A stretch of DNA of 43,549 nucleotides from Methanobacteriota archaeon (GCA_018650165.1 JABIGM010000039.1:1-43549), one strand, 5' to 3'. Numbered from the stretch's first letter, positions 19,001-28,267 are shown. A program made the numbers and translations. The notes: generated from the letters alone by a model not told the origin.

Positions 19001-20922
19001 CTGAAGTCACTCTAATGTTATGGACAGAGTGGGCGAATGATCTCAATGGCGATGGGTGGCCAAATGAAGATGAGTACATTCCTCGGTTAATGACCAATCC
19101 GTCAGACTTTAATCACAGTTTTGGCACATATACTTCGACAATAGATGATACAGCGGCATTCCCTGGTGAAAAGGTTGCAGGCTATGTGGTTGGAATTGAT
19201 CCGTCAGGACACAACTTACTCGGAGGTGGTTCTGAGATGGTTGATGACCACCTGTTTATGTATCAAATACTGAACGATGGTGTGCCGGTAATCGATAGTG
19301 ATGGATTCGAATGGATAGATGGACGCAAAGCATGGCTTCACCCTGGTCAGACATATGGACTAAATGTTTCATTCACAGAGTTAAATGGGATTTCAGATAT
19401 TCAACAAATCGAAATATCATTGGCAGACAATATCGCTAGTGACCAACTAACACTGAGATGGGATTCGAATACTCGGCAATGCATTAGTGATACAATACAT
19501 ATCATCATTTCAATGTGTAAATTAAACGATGAATTTGGTTCTACACCGGGCCCATTTGACCAAGATTTGGTTCTGTACATTGAGATAATCCCACAATGGA
19601 CTCTTCCCGATCTGGGTGAGACTCGTCGTGAACCAATCGTAACTATCTTTGACCGTGCAGGTAATGTTGATACTGCGAACTTCCCACAAAACCGTTGGCG
19701 CTTTTCTTCTGAAATGATGGTTACAAATGATGTTTCACTTTGGGTTGAAAATGGAGCAATTACAGAAGAAGGGGCCCGTGTCTCCCCTGGCTCTTCAATG
19801 GAATTATCAGGGGATTTGATATTTGTTAGGAGCTTGGAAACGCCACACTTTGATTGCGAAATAGAAGTTCGTCTAAACGGAATAAAGACACCTACTGTGG
19901 CAATAGATGGTACTTTCACTGCAGCGCTCAACGCTCCAATTAATTCAGGCCAACATGCAATGACTTGGAATATCGATTGCATGCCAGAACAAGGAGTAGA
20001 TCTCACTAGCCCAACAGAAGCAGTAAGATGGATACTTGTGGATGCTGTTGGGCCCCAGGTCATTGAATTCGCATCTCCGAGAGAATCAGCAATTCTCGAA
20101 GTACAAACTCATTTTGTTAGAGTTATAGTCTCTGAGAATTATGGTATTGATGCGGATTCAGTAGAACTAATTTGGTGGGTAACTGCAAAGGGTGGAAATG
20201 ATGCAATCGCCTCTGGCAATGCAGTAATGGTACTAGATGGAAATGTAAGTTCTGGATTGCGTTTGGAATTCATGGGTTCAATTGATTTATCCGGGATATC
20301 ATCTGAAATTCTCCAAGAACAATTAGTTCTAAAGATGAGATTTGAAGGGCGTGACGTCGCAGGAAATCAATTTGAGAAATCAGCTAATAGCGAGGCTTAT
20401 CCCGCAGGAGTTTGGGATTTAATACACCATACGCCTGATATCTTATTGGATACAAGTAGCATTGAATTATCTAAATCAAGCCTTGAAGTTAATGAACCAA
20501 CGATTGTACAAATTCATGTTAGAAATGATGGTGAAATAGGTGGGACTGCTGAACTAATTGTGGAAGTGGTTGATCTCAGTGGTGACCGTTATCAGTTAAC
20601 AAGAACTTCAATATTCATTGAATCTGAATCAGTTTCAACGGTAGTTGTAGATTGGAAGCCAGAAATGCCCGGAATTCAAAGAATTGAAGTTACATTGGTA
20701 GACCAAACTGAGAAATCAGAATTCATTGATGTCAAGCCAATTCAAGAACGGGCATTCATGCAGGACACCATCGGTTCAACTAACCCATGGATACTTGGTA
20801 TCACTCTGACAATGATTTGTGCAAGTTTACTTTTCATTCTTTCATGGATGCGTGTTGCAACACTAAAGCAAGGCGAATCCGAATGGGAATACGAGGCTGA
20901 CGAGGAAATTGACGACAATTGA
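16066..20922 (+). CDS. Giant secreted/surface protein with jelly-roll module, beta-sandwich repeats, CARDB-like domain and C-terminal TM anchor
   Basis: Hydrophobic leader AFVLALLFVLSG; DxDxDG Ca-loop motifs (DIDNDG, DLNGDG); IHVRNDG..GG CARDB-like segment; TM WILGITLTMICASLLFILSW and acidic tail. Confidence 0.85.
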   Translation: MASANRGAQAFVLALLFVLSGPLSQFFLTDSTPISLGETDFKSSNSGTTTEVVINGPGQNGMGPSLVLDPDHALQTISFSVASGDSIRATGFNWADWSSSGFTSTGLMEDSDGSLILGFQGVNWDFDKGNNGWSSSNSNFGQHNSGITCGMNGATGASWWTRGGAVTVTSPQVNLAGHQGLSLQAWLKQGNSQCGEEPDTNENFYLEYKTSNNAWSQIQYLAGATVGGSVTNVNYNLPSDAYHSSFQVRARQNSGSGTCCDYWFFDDVIIPGTSGANLSTRSFGWSSSANEQIDEGKYAPILLDAMVPQDAYLNWTVIDADTNIPIPGLVSRSGEWIDLSVVDWKTHKSLRLNLEFVSNHSGSSPRLYGISGGGKIYDNFNNNPESDGWNLVNASWDSSSLELIGSANAMVLTPEFDIDMPFSSYKFNSQLQGNVATYVSIDRGNWSQINASNLRTDTATPASVIQFKFEGMIETWSVENLQLQLYPSSSIVSPTLDIDNDGRPEWSVSGTGIGEWGNQDVFMDGNSSSVFEVGLAPTTWHSVLIPKNAKSFEVSADDVGTVGLGIQTMALWIGTQMITQNGGNGYVDGLRLSLNASEIELLNYETATLNPFKQVGGTDFIHGRIELISDAGTHRLAGLTITYDGNDTVSATAIDEVVMAMNRARLDSSKASSMPLIFTAQSACTLEVTLISSTSSGDVTMGALTWTNDSQTLTPSQLWRQVNTRVQVNEAAPNRLIFNLYSDDYTAMWFIPVTGGSMITIGDHDTLVFSDEGITLNSSQDIHDLLTSFRTAQSFDDQSHLRLETRIQLTNGVVSMPAIKTWANPAIDNDVQIESMSIYTDRGLISSATKYLKAEDNMTFNIDVGFENGDADEKPFPGEFNLSLYRNGELIANTTEYEGDYWVVKTKAPFTSGNVSYEAFITPLAGGGLGEPISVNRTFVIDPLAPVVTSASIRYFDHLQPSTNQQITINITDQPVLPTEVTLMLWTEWANDLNGDGWPNEDEYIPRLMTNPSDFNHSFGTYTSTIDDTAAFPGEKVAGYVVGIDPSGHNLLGGGSEMVDDHLFMYQILNDGVPVIDSDGFEWIDGRKAWLHPGQTYGLNVSFTELNGISDIQQIEISLADNIASDQLTLRWDSNTRQCISDTIHIIISMCKLNDEFGSTPGPFDQDLVLYIEIIPQWTLPDLGETRREPIVTIFDRAGNVDTANFPQNRWRFSSEMMVTNDVSLWVENGAITEEGARVSPGSSMELSGDLIFVRSLETPHFDCEIEVRLNGIKTPTVAIDGTFTAALNAPINSGQHAMTWNIDCMPEQGVDLTSPTEAVRWILVDAVGPQVIEFASPRESAILEVQTHFVRVIVSENYGIDADSVELIWWVTAKGGNDAIASGNAVMVLDGNVSSGLRLEFMGSIDLSGISSEILQEQLVLKMRFEGRDVAGNQFEKSANSEAYPAGVWDLIHHTPDILLDTSSIELSKSSLEVNEPTIVQIHVRNDGEIGGTAELIVEVVDLSGDRYQLTRTSIFIESESVSTVVVDWKPEMPGIQRIEVTLVDQTEKSEFIDVKPIQERAFMQDTIGSTNPWILGITLTMICASLLFILSWMRVATLKQGESEWEYEADEEIDDN

Positions 20923-20976
20923 TGTTACACAAAGCATAGAGACTAATTTTCTTTGGACAAAAATGGGGGGGGAGAT

Positions 20977-22662
20977 ATGGCATCAAAAATCGCGCTACTC
21001 CAAATTAACCCAATTGTGGGGGATATAAGTGGAAACGCCTCACTAATCAGTGATTTCGCTGAACAAGCCTCACAATCCGGAGCAAGTTTGGCAGTAACTA
21101 CCGAACTTGCAATTAGTGGTTACCCTCCAAGAGATCTGTTATTGCAATCTGACTTTGTGCAATCTTGTAACGACGTGGCAAATTCACTGAAATCAGTAAT
21201 TCCAATACTGGTTGGCACACCTGTCCCCTCTCACGGTGAGCGTTCACTTCCGGGAAACGGAGTTGTACGTGCTGGAGATTCCGTGCGAGAGATTACTCGG
21301 AAACAACTGTTACCAACATACGATGTTTTCGATGAAGCAAGGTATTTCGAGGCTGATGAAAGACCAGGAATAGCTCGGACAATCGCAGGCCTAGACATCG
21401 GAGTAACAATCTGTGAGGATGCTTGGCAGCATTGTGGTGCAACTCCTAACGATTATGATAGCGATCCTATTGCTCAAATCGTAGAATGGGGAAGGCAAGG
21501 CGTTGTACTTGATGCAACAGTCAATCTCTCTGCATCACCTTATCATGCCAATAAATCTGGTATCCGTCTAGCGGTTGCACGAAGTGCAGCCGCTTCCCTA
21601 AATCATCCATTTCTTCTTGCAAACCAAGTTGGTGGAAATGATGACCTCTTATTCGATGGGCGTTCAGTAGTCGCCTGGCCAGATGGTACAGCAGTGGTTG
21701 CTCCGGCTTGGGTCGAAGGCGTTCTTATCGCCGACCTTTCTAACCCGCAAAATTGTATTTGGCTGGGAGAAGGAGAGCTAACAGTACTAAATCCAACAGA
21801 TGAGATTAGTGATGGTGATGAGGGCCTGCTTGATGCAATTATCATCGGACTATCTGATTATTGCAGAAAGAGTGGAATTTCAAAGATAGTTTTAGGATTG
21901 TCAGGCGGTATTGATTCCGCATTAGCAGCATGCATCGCAAGTGCTGCAGTTGGCGCTGCGAATGTAACTGGAATTTCTATGCCGTCCAAGCATTCTAGCC
22001 AACACAGTATCGATGATGCGCGCTCAACCGCTGAAGCACTTGGAATTGAATTTTCATTGCAGCCAATAATGGATTTGCACAATGCTGCGGATACAGCCTT
22101 AGCTGAACTGTTGGCAAATGGCAACCCAGTGGCTGGTGAAAATCTGCAAGCCAGACTCCGTGGACTAGTTGTTATGGCACATGCAAATGCAAATGGAGCG
22201 ATGGCCATCGCTACAGGAAACAAATCTGAATTGGGTCAAGGGTATTGTACTCTGTACGGCGATATGGCAGGAGGATATGCGCCTCTTGGTGATCTCTACA
22301 AAATGGAAGTTTATGCTCTAGCACGGGAATTCAACAAGCGTATTGGCTTAGATGCAGTAAACGAATCCACTCTCACTAAACCACCTAGTGCTGAACTTGC
22401 TCCAGACCAAAAAGACGAGGACAGCCTCCCTCCATACCCCATCCTAGATGAGATACTGCGCCTTCATATCGAAGGGGGATTAGATGCAACAGAAATCACA
22501 TCACGAGGTCATGATGGAGAGGTTGTGCGTGATGTGTTGACTCGTTTGGCTAGAAATGAGCATAAGCGATGGCAAATGCCCCCTGCCCCTAGAGTTTCAA
22601 TGAGGGCTTTTGGCCAAGGATGGCGCCAACCATTAGCGGCACGACATGATTGGCGTCAATGA
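20977..22662 (+). CDS. nadE: Glutamine-dependent NAD+ synthetase (CN-hydrolase plus synthetase domains)
   Basis: IALLQINPIVGD, TELAISGYPPRDLL, KQLLPTYDVFDE, ICED (E/K/C triad); GLSGGIDS, ENLQARLRG, TGNKSE, GYCTLYGD, KPPSAELAPDQKDED. Confidence 0.95.
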   Translation: MASKIALLQINPIVGDISGNASLISDFAEQASQSGASLAVTTELAISGYPPRDLLLQSDFVQSCNDVANSLKSVIPILVGTPVPSHGERSLPGNGVVRAGDSVREITRKQLLPTYDVFDEARYFEADERPGIARTIAGLDIGVTICEDAWQHCGATPNDYDSDPIAQIVEWGRQGVVLDATVNLSASPYHANKSGIRLAVARSAAASLNHPFLLANQVGGNDDLLFDGRSVVAWPDGTAVVAPAWVEGVLIADLSNPQNCIWLGEGELTVLNPTDEISDGDEGLLDAIIIGLSDYCRKSGISKIVLGLSGGIDSALAACIASAAVGAANVTGISMPSKHSSQHSIDDARSTAEALGIEFSLQPIMDLHNAADTALAELLANGNPVAGENLQARLRGLVVMAHANANGAMAIATGNKSELGQGYCTLYGDMAGGYAPLGDLYKMEVYALAREFNKRIGLDAVNESTLTKPPSAELAPDQKDEDSLPPYPILDEILRLHIEGGLDATEITSRGHDGEVVRDVLTRLARNEHKRWQMPPAPRVSMRAFGQGWRQPLAARHDWRQ

Positions 22663-24332
22663 ATGACAATCCATTCATCACTCAACTCACCATGTGCCCA
22701 GCCATGTAATTCAAGCCCGTATGTTGCTGAATCTGCAATATAGTATACCATTTCTTCACCAATCCATAAGTCGCCATGAACTCCAGCAGCAAGGTTGCCA
22801 TCGTCATGGTCCCACAATAGAATCAACCCCTCATCACCTACTAGGTGTAATTGCCCACCATCGTTAGGGTCAGTGATTAGAGTCACCAAATTATCACCTA
22901 TAATTGCAAGATGAGATGGACTTGCGGACCCCATTCCAGAGATGTGATCAGAGTGCAGCCATGCGCTTTCACCATCACTCAGGCATAATTCATAACCGAT
23001 TGATGGTACTCCACAATCGAACCATAATTTCCCCTCAAATACGATGGCACCTGTGCTAGCTCCCACCTCTTGTAGGGTTGAGTTTGGTTGAACTAGAGTA
23101 GAAGAAGTCGTATTGAAAGCAAATAACCCACCCGAATCAAAGAGTATGTTTCCTCCAATCGCAGTAGGGGAAATTGATTGGGCAGGGAGTCCTTGAAGGG
23201 TCGAAGTAACTCTTTCCAGAATTAGTCCATCAGAACGATGCAACTGTGCACCGTAAGTATCACTTGTTGCAATGAACCAATAATATCCCTCATAGAATAC
23301 TGCAGATGATTGAATTTCGCCAGCCATAATCGTACCCCCAATTGAGATTCCACTTGGAGTATTGTAGAGCAAGATTCCATTAGCAGTAGTTGTATTTGTG
23401 AAATCTCCACCGAGTATAATTTCAGATTCACCAAGAATTAGTATTCCATTGGCGTGTGTTAGAACCAGTTCGTCTCCGACCTTGACTAGTGAATCAGTAC
23501 CAGAAATATCACTGCTCATGTTGGTTTCTTGCCATGTCGAAACCCCATCAGTCGACCAAAGTTCAACTCCAGATGCATCTTTTGCATCAAACCAAATCCG
23601 TCCATCATGCTCGATAAAACCTAAGTTTTCACCGGGTGAGAAATTAACATTTGGAGAAAGGAGACTCACTTGACCATCACGTATTGTGAATAAGTGGCAT
23701 TTGTCACTTTGAACAGCAGCGAATACAAACATCTCGCCGGAGGCCAATCCCCCTTGACACGGAGTAGAGAACGAATCTCCTGAATTTGGTTGTATGTCAG
23801 TTAATCTCCCGCTTGTCAGATTTTGAAAGCAAATTTTGACACTTGAGTCGACTGTTTTTGAAGTCGAGTTATTTCCCATTTCAATTATTATGGCATCAGG
23901 GCATGAACCATATGAGCCAGTATAAGATTCGATAAATGCTGATTTGCCTACAATTCCATCAAGACCATTCGAACCGTTTACTCCATCGGTTCCATTGTAC
24001 CCTTGATATCCTCTATTTCCCATAGGGCCAGACCCACCTTGGGTACCGTGGCACAGGTTACGTATTTCTGAAACTTCATTGTCATCAAGAATATTATCTC
24101 GGTTCTCATCTGTTCCAATTTGTATGCTAAATCCTCCTTCCTCGCAACCATTAGTTCCATACAGTGGCCCGATTCGCGACAACGAAGAGTCTCCATTTTC
24201 ACCTGAACTTAAGTCGCCGATATCCATCGTATTGTATAGTGCAAGACTACTCATAATTAGGGTGGAAATAATTGAAAGAATTCCTATTATTTTTACAAAT
24301 CGCTTTTTCTTTGAGGGGTGTTTGTCCTTCAT
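22656..24332 (-). CDS. Membrane-anchored surface protein with short collagen-like stalk and ELWxxDG-type propeller repeats
   Basis: Basic N-terminus plus one TM; GCEEGG...IGTDENRDNILD...LC module; 11 Gly-X-Y triplets; repeats GVELWSTDG, GAQLHRSDG, GYELCLSDG. Confidence 0.8.
   Translation of the reverse strand: MKDKHPSKKKRFVKIIGILSIISTLIMSSLALYNTMDIGDLSSGENGDSSLSRIGPLYGTNGCEEGGFSIQIGTDENRDNILDDNEVSEIRNLCHGTQGGSGPMGNRGYQGYNGTDGVNGSNGLDGIVGKSAFIESYTGSYGSCPDAIIIEMGNNSTSKTVDSSVKICFQNLTSGRLTDIQPNSGDSFSTPCQGGLASGEMFVFAAVQSDKCHLFTIRDGQVSLLSPNVNFSPGENLGFIEHDGRIWFDAKDASGVELWSTDGVSTWQETNMSSDISGTDSLVKVGDELVLTHANGILILGESEIILGGDFTNTTTANGILLYNTPSGISIGGTIMAGEIQSSAVFYEGYYWFIATSDTYGAQLHRSDGLILERVTSTLQGLPAQSISPTAIGGNILFDSGGLFAFNTTSSTLVQPNSTLQEVGASTGAIVFEGKLWFDCGVPSIGYELCLSDGESAWLHSDHISGMGSASPSHLAIIGDNLVTLITDPNDGGQLHLVGDEGLILLWDHDDGNLAAGVHGDLWIGEEMVYYIADSATYGLELHGWAHGELSDEWIVIH
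23949..24047 (-). repeat. Collagen-like (Gly-X-Y)11 coding repeat
   Basis: GTQ GGS GPM GNR GYQ GYN GTD GVN GSN GLD GIV. Confidence 0.85.
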
Positions 24333-24409
24333 GAACCAACAGATATTTTCTCAGATTAGAGTGTATTCCCTACAAAGTGTTCATGGGTATGTGTCTCTAG
24401 CCTCTTCTC

Positions 24410-26143
24410 ATGGAGTTACCAACTAGGCTAGCCTCAATGCTTGCGGGCGGTGAAGGTTTAACTCGTCAAAAAGCAGCGCGCTTAGTTGTAGACCTTGCCG
24501 AAACAGCAGAAGCAGATAGCTTCATCGAAGTTAACCATAGTCACGTCTCTGGAGTTTCAGTAATTACAGGCGGGCATGGTCTTAGGCGTTTTCTTGCGGA
24601 TTTAGCAGGTGAAGGTTCTGTAGTAATTCCGACCACGCTAAATGCGGCAGGTTGCGATAAGAGAAGAATGGAAGAGATGGAGATAGACTATCCTGATTTT
24701 TTAGAACAACAATTTGAGATAATCATGGCTTACGAAAGTCTTGGAGTTGAGGCTTCGCTGTCCTGTACTCCATATGACCGGGGCGTTGAAGACGAAGTTG
24801 GCATCGCATCTTGGGCGGAATCCAATGCTGTTGCATTTTCAAATTCGTGGACTGATTTAGTCACAAATCGTGAATCAGGATTATCAGCACTGGCCACTGC
24901 TCTTACCGGATTTGCTCCACGCTGGGGATTACACCTTGAAGAAAATAGAATTCCAAATATTGTTGTTGATGTGGAGTGTGAATTAACTACACTCTCCGAT
25001 TGGTCAATTCTTGGAGACTGGATCGGTAAACAGGTCAGGCCAGGTTGGAACGTTCCATATGGTCCAATGCCCTTTGTTCGTGGCCTACCAAAATACCTCA
25101 GTTTCGCATCTAAGAAGGCGCTCACAGCAGCAGCAGCAAATTATGGATGTCCAATGCTTTGGGCGGAAGGTCATACATTGAATCCCTCACTTTCAGGTAA
25201 TGAAGAATCTCTTGTTTTCACGGAGGCTGAACTGAAATCTCGGTATGAAGAACTTGCACCAAAAGGGCAAGTTGATTTGGTAGTAATCGGTTGTCCACAG
25301 GCTAGTCTCGAAGAAATTCGCATCACTGCTTCAATGGTACGTGGACGCAGCGAAATGGGGTTATTAATTCCAAACAAGCGATTATGGGTCTTCACTTCTG
25401 GACATAATTTTGATTTGGCAGATGCAGATGGTTCTATCGGAATATTAGAGGAATCAGGGGCGGTAGTTTTGCGTGATACTTGCCCTGAAGTAACTCCGTA
25501 TAACCGTAATTTGTACAATCACCTGATGACTAATTCTCTCAAAGCAGAGCATTACCTGACTAGTGGATTAAACAAGATGCCTACTTCTGTTGGAACAATT
25601 GAAGATTGCGTGGCACATGCATTTGAACCGCAATTGAGTAGTGGAGAAGTGGCCCCATTAGCGCCAAAGGCTCAACCTCAACATGCATCATCTAAGACTC
25701 ATCAGAGCGGAGATTGTACAATTGCGGGCAAGGGTCTGAATTCACAGGATGATTGGGAAGTTGAGGGAAGAGCAATGGTGAGTGATGTCCCAATCACCTA
25801 TCTCGGATACGTAAATCGCGATACTGGTGTTGTGGAAGAGACTGGACATCCGCTTGATGGGCGGGCGATTGAAGATACGATTTTGATTTATCCAAAAGGC
25901 TCAGGTTCTACAGTTGCACCATATGTTTTGATGGGGCTAGTATATACTGGGAAAGGACCCAAAGCCATTGTAAATCGCGATGTATGTACGCTAACTCTAC
26001 CCGCTTGTAGCTTACTCAATGTCCCTTACAGTCATGGATTTACTGAAGACCCATGCTTAGCAGTAAACGATGGTGATTTGATTCGAGTTTCCAAATCTTC
26101 AGGAGTTGTCAGCCTTGAAGTTCTTGAGCGTGCGGGTGAGTAA
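24410..26143 (+). CDS. Aconitase X (DUF521 large domain) fused to C-terminal swiveling domain (DUF126); candidate phosphomevalonate dehydratase
   Basis: SHVSG, LSCTPY, ESNAV..SNS...TNRES, IGCPQAS, DTCPE; C-terminal ITYLGYVNRDTG...GHPLDG...IYPKGSGSTV. Confidence 0.85.
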   Translation: MELPTRLASMLAGGEGLTRQKAARLVVDLAETAEADSFIEVNHSHVSGVSVITGGHGLRRFLADLAGEGSVVIPTTLNAAGCDKRRMEEMEIDYPDFLEQQFEIIMAYESLGVEASLSCTPYDRGVEDEVGIASWAESNAVAFSNSWTDLVTNRESGLSALATALTGFAPRWGLHLEENRIPNIVVDVECELTTLSDWSILGDWIGKQVRPGWNVPYGPMPFVRGLPKYLSFASKKALTAAAANYGCPMLWAEGHTLNPSLSGNEESLVFTEAELKSRYEELAPKGQVDLVVIGCPQASLEEIRITASMVRGRSEMGLLIPNKRLWVFTSGHNFDLADADGSIGILEESGAVVLRDTCPEVTPYNRNLYNHLMTNSLKAEHYLTSGLNKMPTSVGTIEDCVAHAFEPQLSSGEVAPLAPKAQPQHASSKTHQSGDCTIAGKGLNSQDDWEVEGRAMVSDVPITYLGYVNRDTGVVEETGHPLDGRAIEDTILIYPKGSGSTVAPYVLMGLVYTGKGPKAIVNRDVCTLTLPACSLLNVPYSHGFTEDPCLAVNDGDLIRVSKSSGVVSLEVLERAGE

Positions 26144-27043
26144 ATGCGAGTTCTGGTTACAGGCGGGGCTGGATTTCTTGGCTCACATCTAACCGATGCG
26201 TTACTTGGACGTGGTGACGAAGTCGTTGTGTTCGATGATTTATCGCGTGGTTCTGTTGAACAAATAGATAATCGGGCAAAATTCGAGCAAGGTGATGTTC
26301 GCTTAGAATCCGATTGGGAGCGTATCTGCTCAGATTTTGTTCCAGATGTTATTCACCACCTTGCAGCAGTCAATGGAACAAGAAGATTCCATAATGAGGC
26401 AGATTTGGTAGTTGATGTTAACATAAATGGAACTCGAAATGCATTGGCTATGGCGAAACGATTTGCGGCTAGATTGGTATTCTATTCCTCTCCCGAATCA
26501 TTTGGAGAACAGGAGTCGATGCCACTTTCGAATGATTCGAATAGTCTCTTCACTCCAGCGCACTTACATCAAAGACATTCTTATGGCTCTTCAAAACATA
26601 TTGGAGAATTGCTCTGTCAATTCGAAGTCAGAAATGGATTAGACGTACGAATTGCGCGCCCATTCAACGCTTACGGCCCACGACTACATGGTAATGCAGA
26701 TGGCCAAGTAGTGGCTATGATGATGCAAGCTAATCCAATTGTTGTTCACGGCAATGGACAACAAACACGTAGCCTTACTTGGGTTGGAGATATTATCGAT
26801 GGTTTGCTAATCTTAACAGATAAGGATGAACTGAATGGGCAAGCCTTCAATCTTGGTTCGACTGAAGAAGTTACTATGCTTGAGTTAGCACAACGAATCT
26901 CTAATTTACGCGGTGTTGAAATTGTATTTGGCGAACCAAATCTGGGTGATAGTAAAAGGAGATTACCAGATTTATCAATGAATGAATCAATTTCTTGGAA
27001 AGCGACTACAACCTTGCAAGAAGGACTTGCTCAATTACGGTGA
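26144..27043 (+). CDS. NAD-dependent nucleotide-sugar epimerase/dehydratase (UDP-glucuronate decarboxylase/GalE-like)
   Basis: LVTGGAGFLG, HLAA, YGSSK, RPFNAYGPR, GQQTRS...VGDIIDG, FNLGS, RRLPDLS; ATG directly follows the AcnX stop. Confidence 0.88.
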   Translation: MRVLVTGGAGFLGSHLTDALLGRGDEVVVFDDLSRGSVEQIDNRAKFEQGDVRLESDWERICSDFVPDVIHHLAAVNGTRRFHNEADLVVDVNINGTRNALAMAKRFAARLVFYSSPESFGEQESMPLSNDSNSLFTPAHLHQRHSYGSSKHIGELLCQFEVRNGLDVRIARPFNAYGPRLHGNADGQVVAMMMQANPIVVHGNGQQTRSLTWVGDIIDGLLILTDKDELNGQAFNLGSTEEVTMLELAQRISNLRGVEIVFGEPNLGDSKRRLPDLSMNESISWKATTTLQEGLAQLR

Positions 27044-27804
27044 TGTGTCGCAATATATCCCCAATCTTCAGGACTTGGTGTCAACCGATCTAAACCATGC
27101 TGACATAGTAGGGAGAGGCCTTCCTCTGGCGGTAACTGCGAGGGGACTAGCATACTTTCAACCTTCAATACTAGAAGTCGGGCAACAGCACCGTTGGGTA
27201 AGGGATTATCTTCAAGCAATTTACAGCGCATCACGGCTACAGCTAATGGATGAATCGGACCATCACTTTCCAACAGACTCCATTCACTTTTTTCAGTAGC
27301 AGTTCCAGCAAGGTCTGCATCTTTGGCGGCCTCAATAGTGGCTGATAAGAATTGCAATTCACATTCACCATTTGCTTTCAGATTACGGTAGGTGTCTCTA
27401 ACCTTGCCATCTCTTGATTGTGATAATGCCATTACGACGAGTGGCGGAGAGTTAGATACAACACTAACGCTGGTGATAGGGGCAAGATTCTCTTTGTCAC
27501 CATCTCGTGTTGAAACCAGTGCTAAGGCCCTCGGTGAGATTGCAGCAGAAAGCCATTTACTTCTGCTGGGATGGTCTAATTCATCCATCTCAAGTTCTAA
27601 TTGTGGGGTTGTTGACTTCCGTTCAAACCAACGGTCTAGAGTTCCGTTCTCTAGTTCACCTAATGCATGTATGGTAAAATCTCTGTAGGTTTTCCATTCA
27701 GCAATAAGTGCGGCCTCATCTCCGCGTTCTTCCTTTCGTATTATCGACGCATCAGCATATTCAATACAGCGTCGAAGAAAATTCTCAGTTACAATTTTAC
27801 TCAT
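27031..27804 (-). CDS. Flavin reductase-like (DIM6/NTAB) protein with extra N-terminal helical domain
   Basis: ISPRALALVST...ENLAPITS...SNSPPLV...DGKVRDTYRNL matches the PRPI/NLAPFS/KDT pattern. Start placed at ATG 27804. Confidence 0.7.
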   Translation of the reverse strand: MSKIVTENFLRRCIEYADASIIRKEERGDEAALIAEWKTYRDFTIHALGELENGTLDRWFERKSTTPQLELEMDELDHPSRSKWLSAAISPRALALVSTRDGDKENLAPITSVSVVSNSPPLVVMALSQSRDGKVRDTYRNLKANGECELQFLSATIEAAKDADLAGTATEKSEWSLLESDGPIHPLAVAVMRCKLLEDNPLPNGAVARLLVLKVESMLVPSQLPPEEGLSLLCQHGLDRLTPSPEDWGYIATHHRN

Positions 27805-28267
27805 GATTATCTCTCCGAGATTCATATTCGTCCCGCATCATCAGATGCTTGGCAGGATTGCCACCCCATACTTCGTTTGCAGGTATGTCGCAGATTACCA
27901 CGGCGCCCGCAGCAATTATGCAACCTGTATGTAATTTAACTCCGGCGACAATTGTTGCATTTGCTCCAATTATTGAATGATTCTCCACAATAACCGGCCT
28001 CCACTTGCCGTTAGAGGGTGGATAGCGGTCATTTGTAAGTACGGCGCCTGGTCCGATGAATACTTCATCTCCAACCGAGCAACCATCTGCGATGTAAACG
28101 GTACCTTGGATTCTACAACTCTGGCCAATAGTTACATTTCTTCCTATGTGCGATAGTGCACCGATATTGGTTCCTTGTCCAATGGAATCCGTGCTAATAT
28201 GGCATGGTAGCCATGCAGTCGCCCCAGCAGAGAGTTCTACCTTTTGTCCGGATAGATCAACCATCAA
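27797..28267 (-). CDS. Hexapeptide-repeat acyltransferase (WbpD/DapH-like)
   Basis: [LIV]G hexapeptide repeats; VFIGPGAVLTND; IGANATI; GAVV..DIP..EVWGGNPAK. Confidence 0.88.
   Translation of the reverse strand: MMVDLSGQKVELSAGATAWLPCHISTDSIGQGTNIGALSHIGRNVTIGQSCRIQGTVYIADGCSVGDEVFIGPGAVLTNDRYPPSNGKWRPVIVENHSIIGANATIVAGVKLHTGCIIAAGAVVICDIPANEVWGGNPAKHLMMRDEYESRRDNHE

Noticed and set aside
20965-20972. G8 homopolymer before nadE as a phase-variation tract
   Set aside because: It lies upstream of the likely ATG (20977) and reads as an SD-like purine run; there is no evidence of length variation from a single sequence.
26144-28267. Calling the epimerase and acyltransferase an archaellin glycosylation locus
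   Set aside because: The archaellins lack sequons and no glycosyltransferase or aglB is present; kept only as a low-interest note.
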